Shown in pieces: positions 36,139-45,251 of a stretch of DNA of 64,000 nucleotides. The position numbers and the translations under genes were made by a program. The notes below the pieces were generated by a model. It was not told the DNA's origin, did no database searches, and worked only from the letters and a program-made list of their open reading frames with translations. The DNA lies in the NCBI GenBank assembly GCA_043821365.1, contig JBDRCX010000006.1, positions 608,001 through 672,000 of the forward strand. Direction: 5' to 3'. The stretch is from Candidatus Micrarchaeota archaeon (GTDB lineage: Archaea > Micrarchaeota > Micrarchaeia > Anstonellales > Bilamarchaeaceae). Within the stretch, counting starts at the first letter, position 1. Every line of letters starts with the position of its first letter.

Positions 36139-36975
36139 TCACTGGAACATAGCCAAAGTGATCAATTTTCTATTGCCTTTTTGCGATCTTTTTATTATCC
36201 CTTTATTTTCAAGTGAATTTAACCTTCTAGAAAGAGTTGCTTTTGGAATATGTGTATGCAAATAGATGGAAGCTTGTGTTGATTTTCCTTTATTATTGTA
36301 TAGTAATTTGACAATTTCCTTATCAGTTTCATCTAAGGTTTTGAAAACAGGATCATCTTCTATTGTTGGTCTTATTATTTTTGTTTGTTTATTTTTGAAT
36401 ATAAAATAAAGAATTATTGCAGCTGGTATTAGCAGAAGTAAATATGGAAATCCAGATGCTTCATATGTTAATGTATAAACTGCCCTTAGATTTGCCTTTG
36501 TTGTTTTCAGTAGACTTGCAGTCCAGCTTAAACTTAATGAATTTTTTTCATTATTTACAGCGCCATTTGATTTTGTAATCATTGCATTTTTTGGCAAATT
36601 AATCTTTGCATTAAAAGTATCAATGTCTTCTGAAAATGCTATTGTAAAGTCATAAATCCATTCTGAACCATTTTTTGAAGTAAAAGAATCAGACCATATT
36701 TGAAATTCAACATAATCCACTGGAACAGTTACTAAAATTTCTGTTGATATATTCTGATTTATAGAATAATTTAGGAGTAAACCACTCTTGTCTCTTACCT
36801 CTATTTTAGTAGGAATTCCAGAAACTGCAATGGAAAATGCCTTTCCTTCTAAATCTGATGATGAGATTTTTATTTTAGTATAACTTTGACCAGAAACATC
36901 TACTGATCCTTCTAGGTCAGCAGAAACTGCATATACTGAACAAAGCAGGAGTAATGAGAAAAAAACTGCTTTCAT
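36139..36975 (-). CDS. Membrane-anchored protein with an extracellular domain and a cytoplasmic winged HTH (COG2512-like)
   Basis: Signal peptide, TM (YLLLLIPAAIILYFIF), then LDETDKEIV...TQASI...IPKATLSRRLNSLENKGIIKR. Confidence 0.75.
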   Translation of the reverse strand: MKAVFFSLLLLCSVYAVSADLEGSVDVSGQSYTKIKISSSDLEGKAFSIAVSGIPTKIEVRDKSGLLLNYSINQNISTEILVTVPVDYVEFQIWSDSFTSKNGSEWIYDFTIAFSEDIDTFNAKINLPKNAMITKSNGAVNNEKNSLSLSWTASLLKTTKANLRAVYTLTYEASGFPYLLLLIPAAIILYFIFKNKQTKIIRPTIEDDPVFKTLDETDKEIVKLLYNNKGKSTQASIYLHTHIPKATLSRRLNSLENKGIIKRSQKGNRKLITLAMFQ

Positions 36976-37000
36976 AAATAGGGATAAAGAGGCAAAATTT

Positions 37001-37687
37001 TTATTTGCGCCTTTTCTTTATTTTTTTAGTAGACTTTTTTGTGGATTTTACGATCTTCTTTTTTACTGCTTTTTTGTGTTTCTTTACTAGCCGAGGTTTC
37101 TTTTTTGTTAATTTTTTCTTTGGTTCAATTCCATTTGAGCTGTGCGATTGGATATTCTCAACAAGGCGGCGCAATACATGTTCGCCAGAGGATTTATCCA
37201 TTGAATGTGCTTGGAATTTTGGTTTTTTAACTCCTTCCCACCTTCCTTCAAACATATTTGGTTTTGATAATAATGCTTGGTTTTTCTCTCTCATAAGAAA
37301 AATGTCCAATCTTGGATCATTTGTAAATTGTGGCTTTGCACTAAGAGTTCTATCTTTTGGATCCAATTGAAAATAGGTCTGTGGACGAATTATTTTCTGA
37401 TAACTAGAATCCTGTTTTTCAATTAATTCAGGTTTATAACTGGCAATTTGTATCAATGCTTTTTGTTCATATGGGGAGAAAGTGGCTGATTTCATTAATT
37501 CAGGCATTAATGCACCCAAATCTGAACTGTTTCGGTAGCTGTGAACAAATTCCATAATTGCTGCTTTCATTGCAACTGGGCCTTTTGCAGATGCCCAGTT
37601 CCTTAGTTCAGACCAGGTTATTTTTGCTGGTTTGCCTGATTTTGTGATTTTATGAGCGTCCTTCCTAAAATCAGCAAGAGTTTTCAT
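37001..37687 (-). CDS. Hypothetical protein with a Lys-rich C-terminal tail
   Basis: 228-aa ORF ending KKKLTKKKPRLVKKHKK...KKRRK. Confidence 0.6.
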   Translation of the reverse strand: MKTLADFRKDAHKITKSGKPAKITWSELRNWASAKGPVAMKAAIMEFVHSYRNSSDLGALMPELMKSATFSPYEQKALIQIASYKPELIEKQDSSYQKIIRPQTYFQLDPKDRTLSAKPQFTNDPRLDIFLMREKNQALLSKPNMFEGRWEGVKKPKFQAHSMDKSSGEHVLRRLVENIQSHSSNGIEPKKKLTKKKPRLVKKHKKAVKKKIVKSTKKSTKKIKKRRK

Positions 37688-37796
37688 AATTTGTATTAGT
37701 AAATAAGGTTAAATTAGGTTTTGGTAACCGATTACATCTACCTACCAATTATATTATACTGTTGATGCAACAATCGATAGCTTTTAATACATTTTG

Positions 37797-37812
37797 TTAT
37801 CATATTTGATAA
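37797..37812. promoter_or_regulatory. Inverted repeat TTATCA-TATT-TGATAA between the TATA-like box and the AbiEi start (candidate operator)
   Basis: Palindrome seen directly; AbiEi proteins are known to autorepress through promoter inverted repeats. Confidence 0.4.
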
Positions 37813-37825
37813 TAAAGTGAGCTAA

Positions 37826-38392
37826 ATGAATGCAATAATCGAACTCTTAAGGAAGAAAGCTGCCTTCAGTACAAAAGAGTTTTTATCCATGATAAAGAGA
37901 GCAGGCTATGGGCGTGTTTTACTTTATCGTTTGAAAGAGAAAAAAATAATTGTTCCAATAAAAAATGGCTGGTGGGCCTTTCCAAATTCACTTCCAGAAG
38001 CAATCGCATGTGAGATGTCTAAACCATGCTATCTCTCATTCCATACTGCGCTTTTTCTCCATGGCCTAACTACTCAGTCACCAAGAACAATTCAACTTGC
38101 AGTAGCAAGAAAATCAAAAAAATATAGTATTCTGGGCTCTGTTGTTAATGAATACAAGATAAAAAAGGAACAATTCCAAAAGTTCTATAGAAAAGATAAT
38201 TTGCTATTAGCTACTCCTGAAAAAGCCTTTTCAGATGCTATCCACCTTCCAAGATCATGCCCCGATATTGTACTTTTTGAAGCGATGGGATCTATTGATC
38301 TTGTATTGGTTGAAGCTTTATTAAGCAGTAAAGCAGCTAAAAAACGTTTAAAGAGGTTGATTAAAAATGCTAGATCGCAACGAACTGAATAA
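37826..38392 (+). CDS. AbiEi-family antitoxin (type IV TA)
   Basis: N-terminal wHTH (IKNGWW), PCYLSFHTALFLHGL, ATPEKAFSD. Confidence 0.88.
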   Translation: MNAIIELLRKKAAFSTKEFLSMIKRAGYGRVLLYRLKEKKIIVPIKNGWWAFPNSLPEAIACEMSKPCYLSFHTALFLHGLTTQSPRTIQLAVARKSKKYSILGSVVNEYKIKKEQFQKFYRKDNLLLATPEKAFSDAIHLPRSCPDIVLFEAMGSIDLVLVEALLSSKAAKKRLKRLIKNARSQRTE

Positions 38393-39125
38393 ATATGGAC
38401 CCCCAGGGTTTCATCTGGCTCAAAAAGAAAAAGATTATGTGCAACATTGGATTCTCTCATTCATATCTAGATCTGGGTTCAAAGGAGTCTTCAAAGGTGG
38501 TACATGTCTTCAAAAAACATCTAATCTTCCAAGATATTCTGAAGATCTTGACTTTACATTAAATGATGCCATTCTTGTAGATATGGAAGCAGTTGAAGCA
38601 TTTTTATCATCTGCAGGTTTTACTGGTTTAAAATGGAAAACTGAAACCAAACCAGTTTCTGAAACAATAAGATTGCGTTTCCGTGGACCATTATTCAATG
38701 GTTCTGAAATAAGTGAAGGCTTTGTCACCATGGATTTCAGCAAAAGAGAGAGAACATTGATGGAAGTTGAACCGGTTATGATTATTTCTCCCTATCCTGA
38801 TATTTTACCTTACAATCTGAATATAATGAATAAAGATGAAATTGCAGCAGAAAAAGTCCGTGCAATAATGACGAGAAATTCTGCCAGGGATCTTTTTGAT
38901 CTTTATTTTTTACTTCACCAAAAGGCCAGATTAAATATTAATCTAATCGAAAAAAAACTTTTATTTTATAATAAAAAATTTGTCTTAACTGATTTCGACA
39001 AAAAAATCGATGGTTTATCAAAAATCTGGAAAAAAGAGATAAATGCCTTAACCCCCAACATGGTCGATTATGAGTTAGTAGCAAAGACTGTGAAATCAAG
39101 TACTAAATCTATTCACCAGACATAA
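38367..39125 (+). CDS. AbiEii-family nucleotidyltransferase toxin
   Basis: EKDY, VFKGGTCL, RYSEDLDF, EKVRA...ARDLFDL. Confidence 0.92.
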   Translation: MLDRNELNKYGPPGFHLAQKEKDYVQHWILSFISRSGFKGVFKGGTCLQKTSNLPRYSEDLDFTLNDAILVDMEAVEAFLSSAGFTGLKWKTETKPVSETIRLRFRGPLFNGSEISEGFVTMDFSKRERTLMEVEPVMIISPYPDILPYNLNIMNKDEIAAEKVRAIMTRNSARDLFDLYFLLHQKARLNINLIEKKLLFYNKKFVLTDFDKKIDGLSKIWKKEINALTPNMVDYELVAKTVKSSTKSIHQT

Positions 39126-39352
39126 TATTGCCTAATTTTATTTCAAGGTTTTCGATATATCGAAAGCCGTTATTTGTTATGTAGCCATTTTTTTAATTTC
39201 TTTTTTCCACGGCATTTAATTCTTTTGGTATATTATTTGAGCTTTTCCACATTGAATTTTGGCATTATATTTGCAAAAAACTAATTAAATCATATAAAAT
39301 CATATTTTCATCGTATTTAAATAAAACCATCAAAAAGCTAAAGTATTTAAAT

Positions 39353-39376
39353 ATAGTGAAAGTATACTTTCACTAT
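39353..39376. promoter_or_regulatory. Perfect 24-bp palindrome ATAGTGAAAGTA|TACTTTCACTAT overlapping the ATPase start codon
   Basis: Lies immediately downstream of TATTTAAATA and covers the A and T of the ATG at 39375. Confidence 0.6.
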
Positions 39377-40502
39377 GTATTTGCTAAGGGAAGAAGAACA
39401 GATTTTGTTTAAGTATTTGCAAGCTAGTGAAGCACTAGCGTTAATTGGACCAAGAAGGGCTGGGAAAACAACTTTGGCTAAACGATTGCTACGTGATTGG
39501 AAAGAAGCTGGTGGAGCTGGTGAATATTTTGATCTTGAGGAAATTAATGCGCCTTCTTCTGCAACTGACTTACACAGTGAAATTCAAAAACTACCTAAAA
39601 AAAGCCTTGTTGTCCTTGATGAAGTTCAAGTGTTAGATAAATGGGAAAAAGTCGTCAGAAGCGAAATTGAAAACAAAAAAAGAAAAATTTTAGTGACAGG
39701 TTCAAGTGCATCCTTACTCTCTAATGAAATCGCCAGTTCTTTGGCAGGCAGGGCAATACCACAAACGGTGTTTACGCTTTCCTACAGAGATGCAAAAGCA
39801 TGGGGCATCAAGTCGTTTGATGAATACTTGATGGTGGGTGGATATCCTGAGTGCGTATTAAGACCTACCGAAGCACCAAAACTCCACAAACTTTATCTTG
39901 AGCTTACTGTCTTGCGTGATGTTGCTGCAAGATGCGGAATCAGAGAGATAAAACCGCTTTCTGATCTTGCAATTATTCTATTATCAGAACCAGGAAAATG
40001 CATTTCTGCAAGAAAAACAACTATGAAACTAGGCATAAGCCAGCCAACGTTTCGCTCTTTTGTCCAGGCTCTTGGCGATGCATTTCTTATCCTTTCAGTG
40101 CCACCATATATTCGCTCACCAAGGGAACGATTAGTGGCTGATGCAAAACATTATGCGTATGACATAGGGCTCCAGTCATCAGTGAGTATTTCAACAGAAC
40201 AAGATTATGGAAGAAAACTAGAAAATGTGGTAGCTAACGAATTAGTGAGAAAAGGTTATAGTTTGTCATATCTTTCGAATAAAGAGTGCGAATGTGATTT
40301 TATAGCTCAAAAAATAGGAACTGGTAATCTGGCTATTCAAGTTTGGAGTGGTGATAAAACATTACCAAAGAGAGAGCTTGATGGTTTGTTGCTTGGTATG
40401 AAAATAGCCAATGCAAAAGGTATGGTATTAAGTAAAACAAAATTAGACTTAGAGTTGCCTGTTGGGGTTACAACCCAAACCATAGAAGAATGGTTATCTT
40501 GA
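39375..40502 (+). CDS. AAA_14/DUF4143-family ATPase (COG1373)
   Basis: GPRRAGKT, LDEVQ, VTGSSA, LAGR, GGYPE, D.GL, LEN.V..EL, ECDF. Confidence 0.9.
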   Translation: MYLLREEEQILFKYLQASEALALIGPRRAGKTTLAKRLLRDWKEAGGAGEYFDLEEINAPSSATDLHSEIQKLPKKSLVVLDEVQVLDKWEKVVRSEIENKKRKILVTGSSASLLSNEIASSLAGRAIPQTVFTLSYRDAKAWGIKSFDEYLMVGGYPECVLRPTEAPKLHKLYLELTVLRDVAARCGIREIKPLSDLAIILLSEPGKCISARKTTMKLGISQPTFRSFVQALGDAFLILSVPPYIRSPRERLVADAKHYAYDIGLQSSVSISTEQDYGRKLENVVANELVRKGYSLSYLSNKECECDFIAQKIGTGNLAIQVWSGDKTLPKRELDGLLLGMKIANAKGMVLSKTKLDLELPVGVTTQTIEEWLS

Positions 40503-40535
40503 TGGCTATTGGTTTACCTGTTTTTGCGAACTAAT

Positions 40536-41315
40536 TCAGATTTTAAAACCAGTAATATCCCACCAACCCATGAGGTTTGTGGCCAAAGCAATGCCCAATG
40601 CAAGTACCAAAATTCCTATGGCTGCTTTGAGTTTATTTTCATCTACATTCTTAGTTATTGTTGGTCCTATTACTCCTCCTAGTAATGCACCAGAAGTCAG
40701 TATTATCAAAAATGACCAGTCAGAGAAACCTTTTGTTGCAAAATAAGCAAGAAACGAACCAAGACAAATTGGAACTTCTGATAAAGTGGTAATGCTAATT
40801 GCATTTTTACTTTTTTGACCAATTGCAACCTGTCCTCCAGTTACAAATGGTCCAAATCCTCCTCCACTTACAGTTTTATTGAACGAACTAAGAAAACCAA
40901 TAAACCACATTTTCTTCCATGAGAATTTGAAACTTAATTTGAAAACTATCACTATACCTACTAAAATTACCAAAAATGCAATGTATGCTTTCAAAATTTC
41001 TTTTGGAATATTAATTGCAATTATAATGCCTATTAACACTGCAATTAATCCAGGCACCGAGATTGCTAAAAATGATTTGAAATCATCTGTTTTAAAATGA
41101 AAATTAGCATTTCCAAATTTATGGTGTCTTATTGCTGCAGTTAATCCCCCTAGTCCTTGGCTGAATAAGATGGCAGGAACAGTTACAAAAGGGTCAAATC
41201 CCATGATTATTAATATTGGGGATAATGTGGTTCCGTAGAGCATTCCTAAGGATGCATCAATTAATTCTGCAATTATCGCCAAAAGAAAGATGATTATGAT
41301 TAAAGTTGGATCCAT
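40536..41315 (-). CDS. TauE/SafE-family sulfite/sulfo-compound transporter
   Basis: IDASLGMLYG...P, HHKFGN, GGGFGP; about 8 TMs. Confidence 0.85.
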   Translation of the reverse strand: MDPTLIIIIFLLAIIAELIDASLGMLYGTTLSPILIIMGFDPFVTVPAILFSQGLGGLTAAIRHHKFGNANFHFKTDDFKSFLAISVPGLIAVLIGIIIAINIPKEILKAYIAFLVILVGIVIVFKLSFKFSWKKMWFIGFLSSFNKTVSGGGFGPFVTGGQVAIGQKSKNAISITTLSEVPICLGSFLAYFATKGFSDWSFLIILTSGALLGGVIGPTITKNVDENKLKAAIGILVLALGIALATNLMGWWDITGFKI

Positions 41316-41319
41316 ATTC

Positions 41320-42009
41320 TCACTTTATCAAATCGTAAAATTCAGTTGGTTTTGGATTTTTGAAGTTGTTTTCAAAATTTGTTGACCAGAAACCATGGCC
41401 AGAATGATCTCCGTACCTTCCAACTGATTCCATCCCATGATCTGAAATTACAATTAGTTTGTCTGCTTTTTCTGATGCTTTTTTTACAATATCATCCATC
41501 TCTTTGTATATGATTTTCATTTTTAGTTTCATTCCAAAGCTTAAATGTCCTATGACGTCCGCAGCTCCGAAATATCCAAAAACTAAGTCATGATCCTTGT
41601 TTAAACTATCGAAGAATTTGGCTTTGATTTTTTCATGATGGGCAAAAACCATCTTATCATATTCTTCTAAAGTGAGTTTTTTATCGAAAAATGCTTTCAT
41701 TGATTTTCTTTCCAAATCATGCTGTATTGGGTCTTGTGAATAGCCAGGAACATCAATTGCAATTGGATTCTTAAATTTATTTAGAAAAGTTTCTTCCTTA
41801 CTTAATTTGAAACCCCACAAATCTGGTTGCTCCATTATTCTTTTTTCCTGGTTTTTTCCTGAGAGGAAAGAGGACCAAATCACCATTGTTCTTGGTTGCT
41901 CAAATTCTGATAAATCTGTTTTACCATAATGTGTTTGTAATAAATTTGGTAATTGGAGATCAGTAACGTAGTCGTATTCTAATCCGTCAATTCCAACAAT
42001 AACTATCAT
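41320..42009 (-). CDS. Alkaline-phosphatase-superfamily (NPP/phosphodiesterase-like) protein
   Basis: VVGIDG, PRTMVIWSSFLSG (Thr nucleophile position), ADVIGH, ISDHG, GDH. Confidence 0.8.
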   Translation of the reverse strand: MIVIVGIDGLEYDYVTDLQLPNLLQTHYGKTDLSEFEQPRTMVIWSSFLSGKNQEKRIMEQPDLWGFKLSKEETFLNKFKNPIAIDVPGYSQDPIQHDLERKSMKAFFDKKLTLEEYDKMVFAHHEKIKAKFFDSLNKDHDLVFGYFGAADVIGHLSFGMKLKMKIIYKEMDDIVKKASEKADKLIVISDHGMESVGRYGDHSGHGFWSTNFENNFKNPKPTEFYDLIK

Positions 42010-43202
42010 CTAATTATTCCTCCACCTTCAACTATTCCATCTCTGATTAAGACAAATCTTCCCATTGGCGGTATTTTGTTGAAACTGTCAATTGCTACTT
42101 TTTTGTTTAATTTTAAGGTCACTTCAGCAGCTTCTAATCCATTTATGGTTGGTGTTATCTCTAATTTTTCCAAAGTTGATGAATTAAACTTTGAGTTTAT
42201 GCTTTCTATTTTGCATTCTGATTCTTGTGTTGTTGATTTGTAAATTAGTAATTCTTCTTTTCTCACTGGATTTTCACCCATCCAGAAAATAGTTGCATTT
42301 ATTTTTTCTACTATTGTTGGTTCCTTTCCAATAGAACAAACAATCTCTCCTCTGTCTGCAGTTATACCTTCTAGAACAATTCCAGTGCTTTGCCCTGCTT
42401 TGATTTTGTTATCTTTTATTTTTTTTATTGTTGTTTTTTGCATAGATGGCACTAGCATAATTTCTTGTGAAAGAACACCACTTTCTATTCTTCCAACATA
42501 TGTTTTTTCGTTGTTTAAATTGTAAACATCCTGAATTGGCAATCTCAATTCTTGATCTTCTAAGTTTGGTTTATTTTTTAATTTACTTAAAGCTTCAAGA
42601 AGAGTTGGACCTTGGTACCAATCCATGTTTTTTGAATTATTTACTATGTTATCTCCTTCCATAGCAGAAATTGGTATGAATTCTTCCGGTGTTGTACTGA
42701 AATTTTTGAAGAATTCTTGCAATTTTTGTTTTACAGTTTCGAATCTTTCTTTTTGATAATTGATTCTGTCCATTTTGTTGAAAACTGCAATTACTTGTTT
42801 GATTCCAAGCATGTTTAGCAAGTAAATATGGCGCTTTGTTTGCTCTTCCAAACCAATTTCTGTGTCAATAATAACAACAGCCGCATCTGCCTGGCTTGCA
42901 CCAGTAAGCATGTTTTTTATGAATTCCTTATGACCAGGTGCATCAATAATGACAAATGGCTTGTTATTGTATTTGAAAAAAGTTTGTGAAGTGTCAATTG
43001 TCATCATTTTTTCTCTTTCTTCATGCAAATGATCAATAACATAGGCAAACTCAAATGGTCTTCCTAGCATTTTACAAGTACTTTTTACTTCTTCTATTTT
43101 TTCTTCTGGCAATGAATTTGTATCGTAGATCATTCTGCCAATTAACGTAGATTTTCCATGGTCAATATGGCCGACAATTACAAAACTAAGGTATTTTTCC
43201 AT
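42006..43202 (-). CDS. cysN: Sulfate adenylyltransferase GTPase subunit (no fused APS kinase)
   Basis: GHIDHGKSTLIGR, TID, DAPGHKEFIKNMLTGASQAD, NKMD, ISAMEGDNI, LRLPIQDV; directly downstream of cysD. Confidence 0.88.
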   Translation of the reverse strand: MEKYLSFVIVGHIDHGKSTLIGRMIYDTNSLPEEKIEEVKSTCKMLGRPFEFAYVIDHLHEEREKMMTIDTSQTFFKYNNKPFVIIDAPGHKEFIKNMLTGASQADAAVVIIDTEIGLEEQTKRHIYLLNMLGIKQVIAVFNKMDRINYQKERFETVKQKLQEFFKNFSTTPEEFIPISAMEGDNIVNNSKNMDWYQGPTLLEALSKLKNKPNLEDQELRLPIQDVYNLNNEKTYVGRIESGVLSQEIMLVPSMQKTTIKKIKDNKIKAGQSTGIVLEGITADRGEIVCSIGKEPTIVEKINATIFWMGENPVRKEELLIYKSTTQESECKIESINSKFNSSTLEKLEITPTINGLEAAEVTLKLNKKVAIDSFNKIPPMGRFVLIRDGIVEGGGIIR

Positions 43203-43206
43203 AATA

Positions 43207-44010
43207 TCACATGTAACCCAATGTTCTGAGCTTTTGCATCATGTATGCTTGCTCTTTGTCCTGTGCTCTTCCTGATCTTTCTGCTAATTTTGTTGTTTTT
43301 AGTTCTTCAATTATTTCATCAATGTTAGTTGCATTTGATTCGAAAGGTTTGGTTATTGGCATACAACCTAAACTTCTGTATCGTTTTCCGTTTTTGGAGA
43401 AATATAATTCGTTTATTGGAATGTTTTCTCTTTTGATATATTCCCAGATGTTTAATTCAGTCCAATGAAGTAATGGATGGACTCTGATATGGGTTTGGTT
43501 GTTTTCTTTTACTGTGAATTGATCCCATAATTCAGGAGGCTGATCTTTGTAGTTCCATTTGAAATCTTCATCTCTTGGAGAGAAATATCTTTCTTTTGCT
43601 CGAATTCCGTGTTCGTCTCTTCTAATTCCTACAAATAATGCTTTGAATTTGTGTTTGTCTATTGCTTGTTTGAGAGCATTTGTTTTCAATTCGTTGCAAC
43701 AGGTGAAAGCATCATGGGTGGAATATCCTATTCCATTTTTTAGTGCTTCTTCGTTTTTTGCTATTAATAGTTCAATATTCCATTCTTTTGCATATTTATC
43801 TCTAAATTCGTACATTTCTGGAAATTTGTATGTTGTATCAATATGCATCATTGGAAAAGGGACTTTGTTGTAAAATGCCTTTCTGATTAGCCAAACTAAA
43901 GTTGTTGAGTCTTTGCCTATTGACCAAAGGGCTGCTACGTTTTTGTATGCTCTGTAAGCTTCTCTGATGATGTAGATACTGCGGCTTTCGAGTTGATCTA
44001 AATGATCCAT
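43207..44010 (-). CDS. cysD: Sulfate adenylyltransferase catalytic subunit
   Basis: YIIREA, WSIGKDS, HIDT.YKFPEMYEFRD, RRDE...RAKERYFSPR, QPPELW, YRSLGC, ERSGRAQD. Start taken as the ATG at 44010. Confidence 0.95.
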   Translation of the reverse strand: MDHLDQLESRSIYIIREAYRAYKNVAALWSIGKDSTTLVWLIRKAFYNKVPFPMMHIDTTYKFPEMYEFRDKYAKEWNIELLIAKNEEALKNGIGYSTHDAFTCCNELKTNALKQAIDKHKFKALFVGIRRDEHGIRAKERYFSPRDEDFKWNYKDQPPELWDQFTVKENNQTHIRVHPLLHWTELNIWEYIKRENIPINELYFSKNGKRYRSLGCMPITKPFESNATNIDEIIEELKTTKLAERSGRAQDKEQAYMMQKLRTLGYM

Positions 44011-44023
44011 TTTAGCACCTTTT

Positions 44024-44245
44024 TTATAAGTAACCAAGTGCCTTTAGACGGTCTTTGATTTTTTTCTCGTCATCTGCATTGAATGTTTCTTTTTCTTCTT
44101 TTTCATCTGTTAATAATTCTCTTAAAACAAAAACAACATAATCAGAAACTGATGTAAAACCAGTGTCTTTTATTTGTTCTTTTAGTTTGTTGTGTAATGG
44201 AACTGGAATAGAGACAGTTGTGTATTTGTTTTCTTCTTTTTTCAT
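44024..44245 (-). CDS. CopG/ribbon-helix-helix protein
   Basis: YTTVSIP..L...L...I..TGFTSVSDYV.FVLRE...; C-terminal IKDRLKALGYL. Confidence 0.85.
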   Translation of the reverse strand: MKKEENKYTTVSIPVPLHNKLKEQIKDTGFTSVSDYVVFVLRELLTDEKEEKETFNADDEKKIKDRLKALGYL

Positions 44246-44289
44246 TTTATCACCTTAATTATTAGTAATTAAGATTTAATGATATATAA

Positions 44290-45251
44290 TTAAAGCTTTT
44301 TGTTCATTTTTGCTCTTAATTTACTTATTTTTGACTTAAGATTTGAAAGTTTTTTGTTTTTTATTTTACTATTTTTATTATCGACTATGAACCAAGGGAT
44401 CTCTATTAAAACAGGTAATTTCGAATGACTAGGATGCCCATATACTGGGATTTTTAGAACTGGGTCTCTTTCACCACAAGCTTCTCCATGATCTGATGTA
44501 ATTATTGTTTTTCCAGGCAGATGTTCATTTAGTCCTTTAACTTCGTTTAAAACTAAAATTAGATTTGCATTATATTCTTTTAGGAACTCTTTTTTTGGTC
44601 TTAGTATCATAACATCCGATATAATCTGCTTTTTCCAAGTGCGATATAAGGTGCGTGAGGTTGCATATAATGTACAATTAATCTTTTGTTTTTGTATTTA
44701 TTTTTTGTTTCTATTCCTTTTTCTGTAACTTTTGACGGATGGACTACTCCGAGTTTCTGATCCCAACTATCTGTCCATAAATTAATTGTTTTGTGAAAAC
44801 TATCTCTAGTAATTGTGTGTACATAAGGATTAGTTGTTACATAAACTATATCTTCATTGTGGCGTTCTCTAAAATTTTTAGTTAAAAATTCTAAAGTTGA
44901 ACTTCCTTGGGAAACAACTTTTTCTAGTTTTCCTTTGAGTTCAATCTCATTTAGTGCGTTTGAAAAACTGTCATATCTACAAGCATCTAGAATGATTAAG
45001 TTATCCCACTCTTGATCAACTATCTTTATTCCATTATTTTTATTTCGATTGAGTAGTTTGTAAACTTTAGATAAGAAAAAGGTTTGAAAATTGAAGTACA
45101 ACCACCTAAAGTTAGTCCAATTCTGAGATATTTGAATTAAAATAAATTTTATCCTATCAAAACCTTTACTAATGGAACCTCTAGCTATTATGGAAACTCG
45201 ATTATCATTACTATTTTTTGACAACATCTCTACATATCCCGTTTCAAACAT
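44290..45251 (-). pseudogene. Alkaline-phosphatase-superfamily protein split into ORFs 44607-45251 and 44290-44610 (frameshift or genuine split)
   Basis: N-terminal half: WDNLIILDACRYD, GSST, HYMQPHAPY. C-terminal half: Y..NL..VL, IITSDHGE, GHP. Confidence 0.65.

Noticed and set aside
42006-43202. EF-1alpha, eRF3 or SelB assignment for the GTPase
   Set aside because: It is directly coupled to a clear cysD and has CysN-type motifs and length.
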